A DNA stretch of 64,000 nucleotides, taken from positions 24 to 64,023 of the forward strand of contig RGZB01000004.1 in assembly GCA_010031735.1 (NCBI GenBank). Direction: 5' to 3'. The DNA comes from Pseudomonadota bacterium. Its GTDB lineage: Bacteria; Pseudomonadota; Alphaproteobacteria; Rickettsiales; RGZB01. Shown piece by piece: positions 53,438 through 64,000 of this stretch (positions are counted from its first letter, which is position 1; each line of letters opens with the position of its first letter). The position numbers and the translations under genes are program-made. The notes below the pieces were generated by a model. It was not told the origin of the DNA. It ran no database searches and worked only from the letters and a program-made list of their open reading frames with translations.

Positions 53438-55441
53438 TTATTCCGCTTTGTCGCCGCCGAACTTCAGTTCGATCTCTTCGAGCAATTTGATCTGGTCGCG
53501 TATTTTCGCCGCTTCTTCGAAATTCAGATTCTCTGCTGCCTTGAGCATATCCTTATGTAGCGTCTCAATCTTCTTACGGAGTTTATCCGGCGCAAGCAGG
53601 TGACCTTCGTTATCGAGTGCATCCTTGTTGGTGACGATCTCCTCCTGCTTCATACTTTCCATGATGGCTTTCTTGACGCTCGCAGGAGTGATGCCATGCT
53701 TCTTATTGTATTCCATCTGGATGGTGCGGCGGCGGTTGGTTTCTTCAAGCGCTTCGGTCAAAGCCTTCGTCATGTTATCAGCGTATAATATGACACGGCC
53801 ATCGACGTTGCGTGCCGCGCGTCCGATGGTTTGTATAAGCGATGTGCGTGAACGGAGGAAGCCCTCTTTATCGGCATCGAGGATTGCGACCAACATACAT
53901 TCGGGGATATCAAGGCCCTCACGCAGCAGGTTGATGCCGATCAGCACATCGAACTCACCTTTGCGTAAGTTGCGGATGATCTCCACGCGTTCCAGGGTAT
54001 CGATATCCGAGTGCAGGTACGTGACCTTTACGCCGGCTTCCTGCATGTAATCGGTGAGGTCCTCCGCCATGCGTTTGGTAAGTGTGGTGATGAGTACGCG
54101 ACCACCCTTCTTCGCGATCGCTTTGGATTCGGCGATCACATCCTCCACCTGGCTTTCGACCGGACGGATGATACATTCGGGGTCGATCAGACCCGTGGGG
54201 CGGATGACCTGCTGAACGAATGCACCTTGTGTGCGCTCCATTTCCCACGGCCCGGGTGTAGCAGAAACAAATATGCTCTGGCCGCGCATGGCATCCCACT
54301 CGGAGAATTTGAGCGGGCGGTTATCGAGTGCCGAGGGCAGTCGGAAGCCGTATTCGACCAGTGTGGTTTTGCGTGCGCGGTCGCCATTATACATACCATT
54401 GATCTGTGGGATGGTGACGTGGCTTTCATCGACGAATACGAGTGCATCCTTCGGCAGATACTCGAACAGTGTCGGCGGCGGTTCGCCCGCTTTCTTGCCG
54501 GAAAGGTAGCGCGAATAGTTTTCGATGCCTTTGCACACACCCGTCTCGACCAACATCTCGAGATCGAACTGTGTGCGTTGTTCGATCCTTTGCATCTCGA
54601 GCAGTTTGTTCTGCTCTTTTAACTGCGCAAGACGTTCTTTCAGTTCGGCCTTGATGTGGCCGATCGCTTGCAGCATGGTCGGACGCGGGGTGACATAGTG
54701 GCTGTTGGCGAACAGCGTAATGGCATCGAGCGTGCCCATGCGCTCGCCGGTCAACGGATCGAATTCATAGATGTTATCGACCGCGTCGCCGAAGAGTTCC
54801 ACGCGCCAGGCCCGATCCTCCATATGCGAGGGGAAGATATCGATGTTATCACCGCGCAGGCGGAATGTGCCGCGGTGGAAATCGATATCATTACGCTCGT
54901 ATTGCAGGTCGATCAGCTGCTTGGTGAAATCGCCCATCACCACGATATCGCCTTTGGCCAAAGTGATGACCATCTGCATATAAAGTTCCGGCGAACCCAA
55001 ACCATAAATACACGAAACGGAGGCTACCACAATGGTATCGCGCCTAAGCAGCAGCGAGCGCGTGGCGGAGTGGCGCATCAGATCAATCTGCTCGTTGATG
55101 GCGGAATCCTTCTCGATGAAAGTATCGGTTTTCGGGATATAGGCCTCGGGCTGATAGTAATCATAGTATGAGACGAAATACTCGACCGCGTTTTCGGGGA
55201 AGAATTCCTTCATCTCGGCGTAGAGCTGAGCGGCGAGTGTTTTATTGTGAGCAAGCACTAAGGCAGGACGCTGCGTCTGCTCGATCACATGTGCCATGGT
55301 GAAGGTCTTGCCCGAACCCGTCACCCCTAGGAGCACCTGGTCGCGCTCCCCCGCCTTCGCTCCTTCGACAAGTTGGCGAATCGCCTCGGGCTGGTCGCCG
55401 GAGGGCTGGTACGGTGCATGAATCTTGAATTTTGCGCTCAT
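53438..55441 (-). CDS. uvrB: excinuclease ABC subunit B
   Basis: [10 protein letters not shown]...[12 protein letters not shown]...DESHVT..., and the C-terminal UVR motif [11 protein letters not shown]. Confidence 0.97.
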   Translation of the reverse strand: MSAKFKIHAPYQPSGDQPEAIRQLVEGAKAGERDQVLLGVTGSGKTFTMAHVIEQTQRPALVLAHNKTLAAQLYAEMKEFFPENAVEYFVSYYDYYQPEAYIPKTDTFIEKDSAINEQIDLMRHSATRSLLLRRDTIVVASVSCIYGLGSPELYMQMVITLAKGDIVVMGDFTKQLIDLQYERNDIDFHRGTFRLRGDNIDIFPSHMEDRAWRVELFGDAVDNIYEFDPLTGERMGTLDAITLFANSHYVTPRPTMLQAIGHIKAELKERLAQLKEQNKLLEMQRIEQRTQFDLEMLVETGVCKGIENYSRYLSGKKAGEPPPTLFEYLPKDALVFVDESHVTIPQINGMYNGDRARKTTLVEYGFRLPSALDNRPLKFSEWDAMRGQSIFVSATPGPWEMERTQGAFVQQVIRPTGLIDPECIIRPVESQVEDVIAESKAIAKKGGRVLITTLTKRMAEDLTDYMQEAGVKVTYLHSDIDTLERVEIIRNLRKGEFDVLIGINLLREGLDIPECMLVAILDADKEGFLRSRTSLIQTIGRAARNVDGRVILYADNMTKALTEALEETNRRRTIQMEYNKKHGITPASVKKAIMESMKQEEIVTNKDALDNEGHLLAPDKLRKKIETLHKDMLKAAENLNFEEAAKIRDQIKLLEEIELKFGGDKAE

Positions 55442-55482
55442 TGTCGTATGATTTCTAAACGAAAGAACGTAAATTTACCAGT

Positions 55483-56076
55483 ATGTTTGAGCACCCACAA
55501 AACCCGTTTGAATTATTCGAAGCCTGGTATACAGAGGCAAAAAAGAGCCTGGGCGATGAAGATGGCTCGGCTATGTGTCTGGCAACCGCCGATAAAAAAG
55601 CGCGGCCGTCATGCCGTATGGTGTTACTGAAAGGCGTCGATGAACGTGGCTTCGTGTTCTATACCAACCAGCAGAGCCGTAAAGGCGAGGAACTGGAAGA
55701 GAACCCTTATGCAGCGCTGTGCTTCTACTGGATGGGTGCACGGAAACAAGTACGTATCGAGGGTGGCATCAAGCATACGACAAAGGCAGAAGCGGATGCT
55801 TACTTCAAATCCCGCCATCCCGTAAGCCGCCGGGGGGCATGGGCATCGGCACAGTCACGCCCGCTTGATCACCGCAAAAGTTTGATCAGTAAGGCCGAGG
55901 GTTTCAAAGAGATGTATCCGGATGATAATGCGATCCCGCGGCCGCCCTACTGGGTGGGGTATCGTTTGGTACCGGAAGCAATCGAGTTCTGGCAGGAGGG
56001 CGATAACCGCCTGCACCACCGTGTGCTCTACACCAAAACCAGCAAGGGCTGGAAATCGGGTCTGCTGTATCCTTAG
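55483..56076 (+). CDS. pdxH: pyridoxamine 5'-phosphate oxidase
   Basis: RMVLLKGVDERGFVFYTN..SRKG.ELEENP.AALCFYW....QVRIEG...IEFWQ....RLH.R. Confidence 0.9.
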   Translation: MFEHPQNPFELFEAWYTEAKKSLGDEDGSAMCLATADKKARPSCRMVLLKGVDERGFVFYTNQQSRKGEELEENPYAALCFYWMGARKQVRIEGGIKHTTKAEADAYFKSRHPVSRRGAWASAQSRPLDHRKSLISKAEGFKEMYPDDNAIPRPPYWVGYRLVPEAIEFWQEGDNRLHHRVLYTKTSKGWKSGLLYP

Positions 56077-56912
56077 ACGTTGAACAGCGTCGCTTGCACG
56101 AAATACGATGGGAATTGTTGCTGCAGTAATAGTGCCGCCGCCGCTGCGTGCGGCATGGTGTCGTAGATACCGAAGCACGTAGCGCCACTACCGGACATAC
56201 GCGTGAGTCTGCAATCTGCGGTGCCGGCGATGGCAGAGAGCATCTGGGCGATCTCTGGCATCAGGTGGGTGGCTGCAGGCTCCAAGTCGTTCTTGCAACT
56301 CCGGAGGAATTGAACCCAGTCCGCTACGGTATTGAAGGCTTTGATCGCGACCGAGGGCGAAAAAGGCAGTTGATGATGTGCAAATACGTCCTTGGTCGCG
56401 AGGGGTTTGCGCGGGTGGACCAGTACAATCGGAAAAATTGGAAGCGCAAGCGGTGTCAGTCGCTCACCGATGCCCTGCACGAAACAACTCTCGCGGCGGT
56501 AGCATACGGGCACATCGGCACCGAGCGCCAGTGCGAGTGCTTCCATCTCTTTCGCCGGAAGCTTGATGTTCCAGAGTTTAGCAAGCAGGTGGAGAGTAGT
56601 GGCAGCATCCGCTGAACCGCCACCCAAGCCTGCGCCCACGGGGATGGTTTTGGTGAGGGTAAGGGCTGCGCCTTTTTGGATCCCGGCTTTTTTCTGCAAC
56701 GCCTCCGCGGCACGGAGCACAAGATTATCGGTGCGGGGAAGTGCGGCATTCTCTATTTCGAGCGAAAGCGTATCGGCGGGTTCGGCAGCGATCTCATCCG
56801 AGAGCGCGAGGGGACCCATGATGCTTTCCAGGAGATGGTAACCATCCGGACGTTTGCCCGTGATGTGCAAAAACAGATTTAATTTTGCGGGTGCATGCAG
56901 CCGAAGCGTCAT
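56073..56912 (-). CDS. ispE: 4-diphosphocytidyl-2-C-methyl-D-erythritol kinase
   Basis: APAKLNLFLHITGKRPDGYH...KTIPVGAGLGGGSADAA. Confidence 0.9.
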   Translation of the reverse strand: MTLRLHAPAKLNLFLHITGKRPDGYHLLESIMGPLALSDEIAAEPADTLSLEIENAALPRTDNLVLRAAEALQKKAGIQKGAALTLTKTIPVGAGLGGGSADAATTLHLLAKLWNIKLPAKEMEALALALGADVPVCYRRESCFVQGIGERLTPLALPIFPIVLVHPRKPLATKDVFAHHQLPFSPSVAIKAFNTVADWVQFLRSCKNDLEPAATHLMPEIAQMLSAIAGTADCRLTRMSGSGATCFGIYDTMPHAAAAALLLQQQFPSYFVQATLFNV

Positions 56913-58747
56913 GGCGTTTGCTGCGTATCGTCGCTATCCGGTTTGGCATTGGCGGTGCGTTTTACCGGTCCGGTCGGCGCGAGAAAGGTCTCCGCCCCTT
57001 CCAAGCCATGTTCGATCTTCGCTTTGATGAGAGGGAGTTCTTCTTTCGGTGGATCGTAGCTTAACGCACGTTTCCACTGATAACGTGCTTCGGTGGTGCG
57101 GCCGAGTTTCCAATACACATCACCCAGATGATCATTGCTGGTGGGATCATGCGGTGCGATCAGATTCGCACGTTCGATGAATACGAGCGCATCGGTGTAT
57201 TTACCAAGTTTGTAGAGCGCCCAACCGTAACTATCGATGATGTGTGCGTCGTGTGGACGCGCGGTGATCGCCGTTTGCAGGTATTCACGCGCCTTGTCGA
57301 AATTAATGTCTTTGAGCAACCAGCTATAGGCCAGGTAATTGAGCACATCCGGATTATCCGGGCTCAGTTCCAGTGCTTTATTGAGATCCTTCTCGGCATT
57401 CTCCCACTGATCCATGCGTTCGTAGCAGATACCACGGGCATAATAGATCGCCCAGTAACGTTCCTGCGGTTTGGTGATACGTTTGATCGCATTGCTATAG
57501 ACCTCTTCCGCTTCCTCATAGGACTTCTTGTTCAGTAGGATATCACCGATGCTTAAGAGGGCCGCGAGGTCATTGGGTTTTTGTTCGGACATGGTGACCA
57601 GCATGCTGCGTGCGGCATCGTCATCGCCTTTATTGCTGAGTTCACGCGCGATGTTGATCTTCGCTTGCCACTCGAAAGCAGGAGGCGTTGTGACCGTACG
57701 GTAGACCTTGATGGCATCGTCATAGCGCTTTTCTTCGCGTAACGTATTCGCGACCAGCATCTTTGCATGCGGCAGTTCAGGATTCAGCATGAGGCCCATG
57801 CGCAGATACATCAGTGCATCATCGTACTTCTCAAGGCCGTAGAAGAAGCCGCCGAGCTCTACCAGTACTTCCGCTAAACCCTGCGTAGGATTGGCAATGA
57901 TGGGGGCGTTGTTCGGCATCAGGAACAGCTCTTCCGCCTTGCTATCCGGATTGATCTCGAGATAGACAGCGCGTGCGTGCGCCGCTTTCTCGGGCTTGCC
58001 GATACGGCTATAGAAATTCGAAGTGACCTCGGCCAGGCGGAAAGAAGGGGGTGCTTGCTCCAGCAGCTTGTCGAATACCGCTTCGGCCTCTTTCGTTTTG
58101 CCCGTGAGATCGTCGATCAAAGCCAGATGGTAGAAGACGAAGGGCAGCATCATCTCTTTTTGTTGTGCCTGCATACGCTCTACGGCCTTATCCGGTTCGC
58201 CGCTTGCGACATCGCCCCATGCAAGCAACATCGGAATCGCGACACGATTGATGATATTACCGCGCGCGGGTTCGTCTTTGCTCTCGTCCTGTTTGAGCAG
58301 GCGGTTCAGGATGGTTTTCATCTCCGGAATATTGCCGCGTTTAGCGGCATCCATCGCAAGATAGAGATGCGCAAGCGAGGGTTCCGGCATCAGCGCCGCG
58401 TAACGTCTCGAGAGTTGCATCGCTTTGGTATATTCACCGGAAGCGATCATCAACTGGTAGGAATGTTTCAGGAGTTCGGTATTGGTGGGATCCTGCCCGA
58501 GGGCAGAAGTGAGATAAGCCTCGGCTTTATCGGCATCATTCATCTGGTAAGCAAAACGGGCGGAGAGATAATCCCCTGCGATCGTCTCGCCACGCTCCTC
58601 GATCGCGAACGGATTATTCGGCCCACCCTGGAACCAGTCAATGATGATGGCTGCCACGGTTAAAAAAAGTAACTGCAAGATAAGCGACGCCATACGCATG
58701 GCGCGGCTCGGTTCAGATCGGTGGGTGCTGTAACGTGCTGTATTCAT
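56909..58747 (-). CDS. TPR-repeat protein
   Basis: N-terminal membrane anchor and many TPR-like helical pairs. Overlaps the ispE start. Confidence 0.75.
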   Translation of the reverse strand: MNTARYSTHRSEPSRAMRMASLILQLLFLTVAAIIIDWFQGGPNNPFAIEERGETIAGDYLSARFAYQMNDADKAEAYLTSALGQDPTNTELLKHSYQLMIASGEYTKAMQLSRRYAALMPEPSLAHLYLAMDAAKRGNIPEMKTILNRLLKQDESKDEPARGNIINRVAIPMLLAWGDVASGEPDKAVERMQAQQKEMMLPFVFYHLALIDDLTGKTKEAEAVFDKLLEQAPPSFRLAEVTSNFYSRIGKPEKAAHARAVYLEINPDSKAEELFLMPNNAPIIANPTQGLAEVLVELGGFFYGLEKYDDALMYLRMGLMLNPELPHAKMLVANTLREEKRYDDAIKVYRTVTTPPAFEWQAKINIARELSNKGDDDAARSMLVTMSEQKPNDLAALLSIGDILLNKKSYEEAEEVYSNAIKRITKPQERYWAIYYARGICYERMDQWENAEKDLNKALELSPDNPDVLNYLAYSWLLKDINFDKAREYLQTAITARPHDAHIIDSYGWALYKLGKYTDALVFIERANLIAPHDPTSNDHLGDVYWKLGRTTEARYQWKRALSYDPPKEELPLIKAKIEHGLEGAETFLAPTGPVKRTANAKPDSDDTQQTP

Positions 58748-58803
58748 CGGGGTTCCGCAGGAACTCTACACCAGACCGCAGGGCATAGTCAAAGGGGTAA
58801 CGA

Positions 58804-60189
58804 TTAATCCGAGAAGGGGTTTTTGGCCTTACGAAGGAGGAAGCGGAGCGGCACCCCGTCCAGCTCAAAATACGCGCGGAGCGACTGCTGGAGATAACGC
58901 ACGTAATCTTGCGGGAAATCCTTCTTTTGACTGACAAACAGCACAAAAGTAGGTGGTCGGCGCTTCGTCTGTGTCATATAGCGGAGCTTAAGGCGGCGGC
59001 CAGAGACCATTGGCGGGGTGTGGTAGTCGGTTGCCTCACGCAGCCAGAGGTTTAGTTTCGCGGTCGGGATACGGTTGTTCCAATGTTTATAGACCTCAAG
59101 GACGGCGTCCATCACCTTTTCGACGTTCTTGGCGCGTAGTGCCGAGAGTGTGATCATCGGCACCTTGCCGGCCTGGGGAAGCGATTCCTCGAGCTTCTCG
59201 CGTATTTCGTTCAGCTTCTGGCTCGGGTTTTCTACCAGATCCCATTTATTGACGGCGACCACGATGCCGCGGCCTTCCTGTGTGATTTTATCGCCAAGGG
59301 AAAGATCCTGGTGATCGAGCGGTTGGGTGGCATCCACCATGAGAACGACGACGTTACTGAACTGCAGGGCGCGCAGACCATCCTCGACCGACATTTTCTC
59401 GAGCGTTTCCTGCACTTTTGCCTTACGGCGGAAACCTGCGGTATCGGTGAGTAGCACCGGCGTGTTCTTGTAATTCCAACGGATATAGACCGCATCGCGC
59501 GTGGTGCCGGCGATCGGACTCGTGATCAAGCGCTCTTCACCGAGCAGGGCATTCAGGAACGTAGACTTACCGGCATTTGGGCGACCGATCACGGCGATAC
59601 GCACGGTCTGGTCTTTGGTTTTCTTCTCGACATCGACGTCGATCTCTGCCGGTGCTTCCACATCATCATCGGCGAGTTCTACTTCCGGAACGAAAGGCTG
59701 CAGTGCCTCGTACAGGTCCATCATGCCATCGTTGTGTTCCGCGGAGATGGCCACCGGGCTACCGAAGCCCATCGATTCCATCTCGAGCACGACATCATCC
59801 TGCGTTTTACCCTCACATTTATTGATGACCGGGAGCACGTTTACGCCGCGCTTATGGAGGAAGCGTGAGAAGGCCTCGTCTTCATGCGTTACACCTTCGC
59901 GGCCATCGATCACGAACAACACGACATCGGCGTTCTGCATGGCACGTTCGGTCTGGGTGCGCATTTTCTGCTGGATAGGGTCCGCGCCCTTTTTGGTTTC
60001 TACGCTCTCAAGACCCGCCGTATCGATCAGCATGAAACGGAGCGGGCCCAAGGAGGCCTGGCCTTCCCTGCGGTCGCGCGTGACACCCGGCGCATCGTGC
60101 ACGATGGCGATCGGTTTACCGGTCAGGCGGTTGAACAGTGTGGATTTGCCGACGTTCGGGCGGCCAATGATCACAACGACAGGGAGCAT
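58804..60189 (-). CDS. der: ribosome-associated GTPase Der (EngA)
   Basis: Two G domains (GRPNVGKSTLFN and GRPNAGKSTFLN) and a KH-like C-terminus. Confidence 0.95.
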   Translation of the reverse strand: MLPVVVIIGRPNVGKSTLFNRLTGKPIAIVHDAPGVTRDRREGQASLGPLRFMLIDTAGLESVETKKGADPIQQKMRTQTERAMQNADVVLFVIDGREGVTHEDEAFSRFLHKRGVNVLPVINKCEGKTQDDVVLEMESMGFGSPVAISAEHNDGMMDLYEALQPFVPEVELADDDVEAPAEIDVDVEKKTKDQTVRIAVIGRPNAGKSTFLNALLGEERLITSPIAGTTRDAVYIRWNYKNTPVLLTDTAGFRRKAKVQETLEKMSVEDGLRALQFSNVVVLMVDATQPLDHQDLSLGDKITQEGRGIVVAVNKWDLVENPSQKLNEIREKLEESLPQAGKVPMITLSALRAKNVEKVMDAVLEVYKHWNNRIPTAKLNLWLREATDYHTPPMVSGRRLKLRYMTQTKRRPPTFVLFVSQKKDFPQDYVRYLQQSLRAYFELDGVPLRFLLRKAKNPFSD

Positions 60190-60265
60190 GGTTCTTTCTT
60201 TAAAGAAGGGATTCTTTGGCGAGAAACTAGCCTATAAGGCTGCGGGATTCAATAAAAACCCGGGA

Positions 60266-61543
60266 TTAGATCGCCAGGTTGGTCTTCTTGCCGGCTGCGG
60301 GGCCTTTTTCCTTCGGCGCTGCTTTAACCGCGGAACTGGGCGTAATATCGCCACCCACATCCTTCTCAGAGATATCGTTTGCTAGCGTACCAAAAGCAGT
60401 ATCGATGCCGCCAAGGTCGAGATCTTTCCCGATTTTCTCTTTTTGCTCCAGCTCTTCTTCCATTTGCTGTTCACCGCCGATTTCATTCGCTTTTTTAGCA
60501 ATGCTTTTCTTGAATGTCGCAGGATCGGGTGCTTCGCCCTCGATCGCGGCTTCGATCGCACCACCGACTTTGGCATTCAATACTTTCTCATCGACGTCAA
60601 GGCCGGCATCCTTCGCTTCTTTATAGGCTTTACCGATCGGCTCTAGATTCTCGATCAGCTGTTTTTCTTTGGTCTCAAGCGTGATGGCCTCGCCGTTTTT
60701 ATTCATATCCGGATTGCCGGAGGTCAGTTTATCGGCATGGTCCTGGCGCATTTCATCGCGCGCGACTTTATACACATTTTCTGCAAAATCCCTGCCACAA
60801 GAAAGCGTGACGGCTGCGAGATCCTTGGCATCTTTCGCTGCTGCTTTCACCGGGTCTTCCAGATTTTCGAGTAATTCTTTATGTGCCGCGTTTTCGGGAT
60901 CGAAGTCACCGGATTCCTGCAGCTTGTCGTAGGTATCGAGATTGCGGTCGTGGTTCTTCATCGCATCGGAACCGCCGACTACGGCGATCGATGCACGTTT
61001 CACACCGACTTTCAACGCTTCGGTCATGTTACGTGGTTTTTCTACCATCACCGCTTCTTCTTGCGAGGCGCTTTCCGCTTCACCGCCGACTTCTGCACTT
61101 GGCATTTCCGGTTCAGGTTTTTTATCTTTTTCTTTGCCGTCTTTCTCCGGCGCTTCACCAAGCTTCTCACGGTTCTCTGAAAGGTCTACCTGCTTGCCCG
61201 CAAGTGCGGTCGCCATCGCATCGGCGAATTGATCCTTGAGTTTGTCCATGAAGGTCGGTTCGTTTGCGAACTCCTTCATATCTTCCATTTTCTTCATTTC
61301 TTCGAGCGAATCATTGAAGCCCTGTTTTACTTTCAATTGCTCGGGGCTGAGTTCCGTATCCGGTAAATTCAGCGTAGTGAGAATCTCTTCTTTGATTTCG
61401 TCTTTGCTGCGCTCTTGCTCAGGCTCTGGTGTGTTCAGACCAAGCCCGGTGCGGAGCATGCCGATAATAGGCTCCATTTCCGGATCACCTTGGAACATAC
61501 CCGAGAGTTCGGTTTCTAATACTGCACCCAGTGCTTCTGACAT
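60266..61543 (-). CDS. highly acidic, low-complexity hypothetical protein
   Basis: Start placed at MSEALGAV, with an AAGGA ribosome-binding site. E/D/K-rich throughout. No signal peptide and no recognisable domain. Confidence 0.55.
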   Translation of the reverse strand: MSEALGAVLETELSGMFQGDPEMEPIIGMLRTGLGLNTPEPEQERSKDEIKEEILTTLNLPDTELSPEQLKVKQGFNDSLEEMKKMEDMKEFANEPTFMDKLKDQFADAMATALAGKQVDLSENREKLGEAPEKDGKEKDKKPEPEMPSAEVGGEAESASQEEAVMVEKPRNMTEALKVGVKRASIAVVGGSDAMKNHDRNLDTYDKLQESGDFDPENAAHKELLENLEDPVKAAAKDAKDLAAVTLSCGRDFAENVYKVARDEMRQDHADKLTSGNPDMNKNGEAITLETKEKQLIENLEPIGKAYKEAKDAGLDVDEKVLNAKVGGAIEAAIEGEAPDPATFKKSIAKKANEIGGEQQMEEELEQKEKIGKDLDLGGIDTAFGTLANDISEKDVGGDITPSSAVKAAPKEKGPAAGKKTNLAI

Positions 61544-61638
61544 ACTAAAATCCTTATTTAACCAACCTTTAGTATACCACGCCAAAGATTACAATTTCGT
61601 TAAATCGAAGGAATAAAAAATTATTATTTATCAGTTGA

Positions 61639-63003
61639 TTAGTTAAATATGGAAAGCTTGCCGTCGTTACTCAGCAGGTAAAGAACGCCTCCGGCGACCA
61701 CCGGCGGGAGGTACGTATGGTCCGGAATCTCATAGGATTGCAGGAGCGAACCGTCATAAGGAGATAACGAAAGCATCTTGCCCTGCGAACCGACGATGAA
61801 GAGATTCTCGCCCGCCAGCACCGGTCCGTTCCAGATGATACGGTCTTTTTTGTCCTTTTCATCTTTATACGTATCGAGTGTCACCACCCATTTCACGCGG
61901 CCATCGGTGCGTTTGAGGCAGAGGACTTCGCTGTTGGTGGTGATGATGTAGAGGTACTCACCCGCGACCCATGGAGTAGAGAGTGAAGAGATGCGTTGCT
62001 GCCAGAGGCGCTTGCCGGTCGCAAGCTCCATCGCGACCAGTACGCCTTCGTGGCTGACGGTGTAGACCGTTTGGCCGGCGATGACGGGAGTCGCATCGAT
62101 ATCATTCAAGGTAAAGAGCGAACTCGAGCGGGCTGAGGTGGCAGATAATGTATCTGTCCAGAGCGGTTTGCCGGTGAGCGGTTGTATGCCGTAAATATCA
62201 CCGGAAGAGAACGGTGCCACCATCGCAGTTTCCGAAATGGCGGGGGAGGGGTGGCCGAGTACGCCGGTCAGTTCACGCACCGCGGGGATGTTCCACACGG
62301 TTTGGCCGTCTTTGACGTTCAGCGCGTAAGCCTCGTTGTCGATGGTAATGAAATAGAGTTGTTCACCGAATGCGACCGGGTTGGAACGCACCGGACTTCC
62401 GATCTCGCGCTGCCAAAGGACGGTACCGAGATTCCCATCGAGCGCGATCACGCGGCCATCGCCGGTGGTGACGAACAGTCCGCCGACCGCAAAGGTCAGG
62501 CCACCGCCCTGGAAGGGATCGGCGCTGGAGCCGAGTGGGACACCGACCAATTGCTGCGGCACATCGGTGCGCGGAATCGTGTAGGTCCATTTTGGTTCTT
62601 TGAGATTCTGTACATCGTACGCTTTCACTTCGCCTTCGCCACCGAGCAGGTAGATGGTATTGCCGGCTATCACAGGAAGTGCACTTAAGCGGTAATGTTC
62701 ACTGGCTTCGGAGACCGCATCGATAGTCTGTGCAAATTTGAGCGGTGTGTTTGCCGCAAGATGCGTTTGGTTGAACTCCCCATCGAAGAACCAATGGTCG
62801 TTACCCACCGCATCCGGAATCACGACTTTCGTATCCGTGAGCGTGGGATCGGCAGCGATGTCGCTCCGGGATTCCAGTACGGCTTTACGGATACCGGGAA
62901 GTGGTTCGTCGCTTTCAGCGCCACCCATCCATTCCGGCATCGAGCAGGCAGAGAGCAATAGAAGCGCAGTGCCGGCTGCTAGGATACGGCTTAAGTGATT
63001 CAT
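61639..63003 (-). CDS. bamB: outer-membrane protein assembly factor BamB (PQQ-like beta-propeller lipoprotein)
   Basis: Lipobox LLLSAC, repeated beta-propeller blades, and its position between yfgM-like and der. Confidence 0.85.
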   Translation of the reverse strand: MNHLSRILAAGTALLLLSACSMPEWMGGAESDEPLPGIRKAVLESRSDIAADPTLTDTKVVIPDAVGNDHWFFDGEFNQTHLAANTPLKFAQTIDAVSEASEHYRLSALPVIAGNTIYLLGGEGEVKAYDVQNLKEPKWTYTIPRTDVPQQLVGVPLGSSADPFQGGGLTFAVGGLFVTTGDGRVIALDGNLGTVLWQREIGSPVRSNPVAFGEQLYFITIDNEAYALNVKDGQTVWNIPAVRELTGVLGHPSPAISETAMVAPFSSGDIYGIQPLTGKPLWTDTLSATSARSSSLFTLNDIDATPVIAGQTVYTVSHEGVLVAMELATGKRLWQQRISSLSTPWVAGEYLYIITTNSEVLCLKRTDGRVKWVVTLDTYKDEKDKKDRIIWNGPVLAGENLFIVGSQGKMLSLSPYDGSLLQSYEIPDHTYLPPVVAGGVLYLLSNDGKLSIFN

Positions 63004-63683
63004 GGTTTTACGGGCTCGGTTTTCGAAGCAGTAGTACCTGCATTGGCGATGGCAAGCAAGGTGCCTGCACGTTCTTTGAGGGTCGGGGCGACGTCGCGCT
63101 CACCGGCGATCAGACTCAGGATTTCTGCGGCTTTCTTATTATCGTTCTTCGCAAGCGCGATATAGGATTGCAGCTCGAGTGCCTGCATGCGCCATGGGCT
63201 ACCTTTCTTCACGAGCGGGTTTGCCATCTTTTCGGACTCGTCGAATTTCCCTTGGTCGTAGAGCAGGAATGCACAGAGATAGGTACCCAGATCACGGATC
63301 TCAACACTGATACCGCCATCATCGGAGAGTTTTTTATAGGTTGCTATCGCATCATCAATTTTCTTGCGTTTGAGCTGCAAAGAAGCTTTTTGCAGCAACG
63401 CAAGCCCGCGGTAACTCGCCGTGCCATCATCCGACAGTTTGTCGAAGGCTTTCAGCGCCTCTTCCGTGTTATTTTCCCTGGAGAGCTGGATCATCGCGCT
63501 GTTGAACGCATGGCCGGATTTCTCCTGCTGGCCGCGCTGATAGTTCGACCACAGTTCGCCCGCCGCCACCATCAGGATGGAGAATATGAAGGTGCCAAGG
63601 ATCGCCCGCCAGTTTTGTTTTACAAACCGGATCGCTTTTTCTTGTCGGACTTCGCCGCGAATTTCTGAATATAAGTCAACCAC
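63000..63683 (-). CDS. YfgM-like TPR membrane protein
   Basis: N-terminal anchor (WRAILGTFIFSILMVAAG) followed by TPR-like helices. Lies upstream of bamB. Confidence 0.65.
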   Translation of the reverse strand: MVDLYSEIRGEVRQEKAIRFVKQNWRAILGTFIFSILMVAAGELWSNYQRGQQEKSGHAFNSAMIQLSRENNTEEALKAFDKLSDDGTASYRGLALLQKASLQLKRKKIDDAIATYKKLSDDGGISVEIRDLGTYLCAFLLYDQGKFDESEKMANPLVKKGSPWRMQALELQSYIALAKNDNKKAAEILSLIAGERDVAPTLKERAGTLLAIANAGTTASKTEPVKP

Positions 63684-63791
63684 GCTTAAAACCCCTTTTT
63701 GTGGAGGCCACCTGTCATTGCAGGCTTGCCTAGGTCAATAACGGGCGCTATCCTGCAACAGATTTCCACAAAATACAATAGGTGTATAGTA

Positions 63792-64000
63792 ATGCTGATA
63801 GCCCCCTCCAAAGCCAATGTGCCACTCCAGATCGCTGGCGACGTGAAACCGGAATATAACCGTATCCTGACACCGGAGGCGCTCGACTTCGTTGCGAATC
63901 TCGTGGAGCAATTCACCCCGACCGTGGAACAACTATTAAAACGCCGCATCGTTATCCAGAATGAACTGAAGAAGGGCCGCAAGCTTGGTTTCCTACCGGA
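63792..64000 (+). CDS. aceB: malate synthase A (N-terminal fragment; runs off the window)
   Basis: YNRILTPEALDFVANLVEQFTPTVEQLLKRRIVIQNELKKGRKLGFLP resembles the AceB N-terminus (..ILT.EA..FL.EL...F.....LL..R...Q......PDFL). Confidence 0.7.
   Translation, partial: MLIAPSKANVPLQIAGDVKPEYNRILTPEALDFVANLVEQFTPTVEQLLKRRIVIQNELKKGRKLGFLP

Overview
The window looks like chromosomal DNA from a flagellated alphaproteobacterium. This is inferred from a CckA-type hybrid kinase, a DUF2336 gene, CtrA-type boxes and the yfgM-bamB-der cluster. It opens with a filament locus, fliC-flaG-fliD-fliS, in which flagellin (798 aa) and the FliD cap (847 aa) are unusually large. Directly downstream sit two tandem, foreign-looking paralogues carrying a TIGR02996-type N-terminal domain. 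In both copies that domain lies in a different reading frame from the gene body, and both share a sharply bounded 99-bp identical block. Most of the rest is housekeeping: lysC, folE, nadC, queD, ribD, nrdR, glyA, rpiB, hisC, uvrB, pdxH, ispE, der, bamB and a partial aceB. Further flagellar and cell-cycle genes are motAB, flhB and cckA. There are two tRNAs, Pro-TGG and Leu-CAG. A roughly 7.5-kb P4-type integrative island (39122-46617) is inserted at the 3' end of tRNA-Leu. It carries an integrase, Xis-like and AlpA-like HTH proteins, a toprim primase, a DUF3631 ATPase and a three-gene cargo module of unknown function. Other points worth a second look: a two-module segment shared by the variable regions of FliC and FliD; three perfect CtrA boxes, all intergenic; three uncharacterised proteins sharing a sigma-70 region-4-like C-terminal HTH; and an acidic, probably disordered protein inserted between der and bamB. 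I saw no CRISPR array, transposase or rRNA. All functional calls rest on motif recognition by eye, with no database search.
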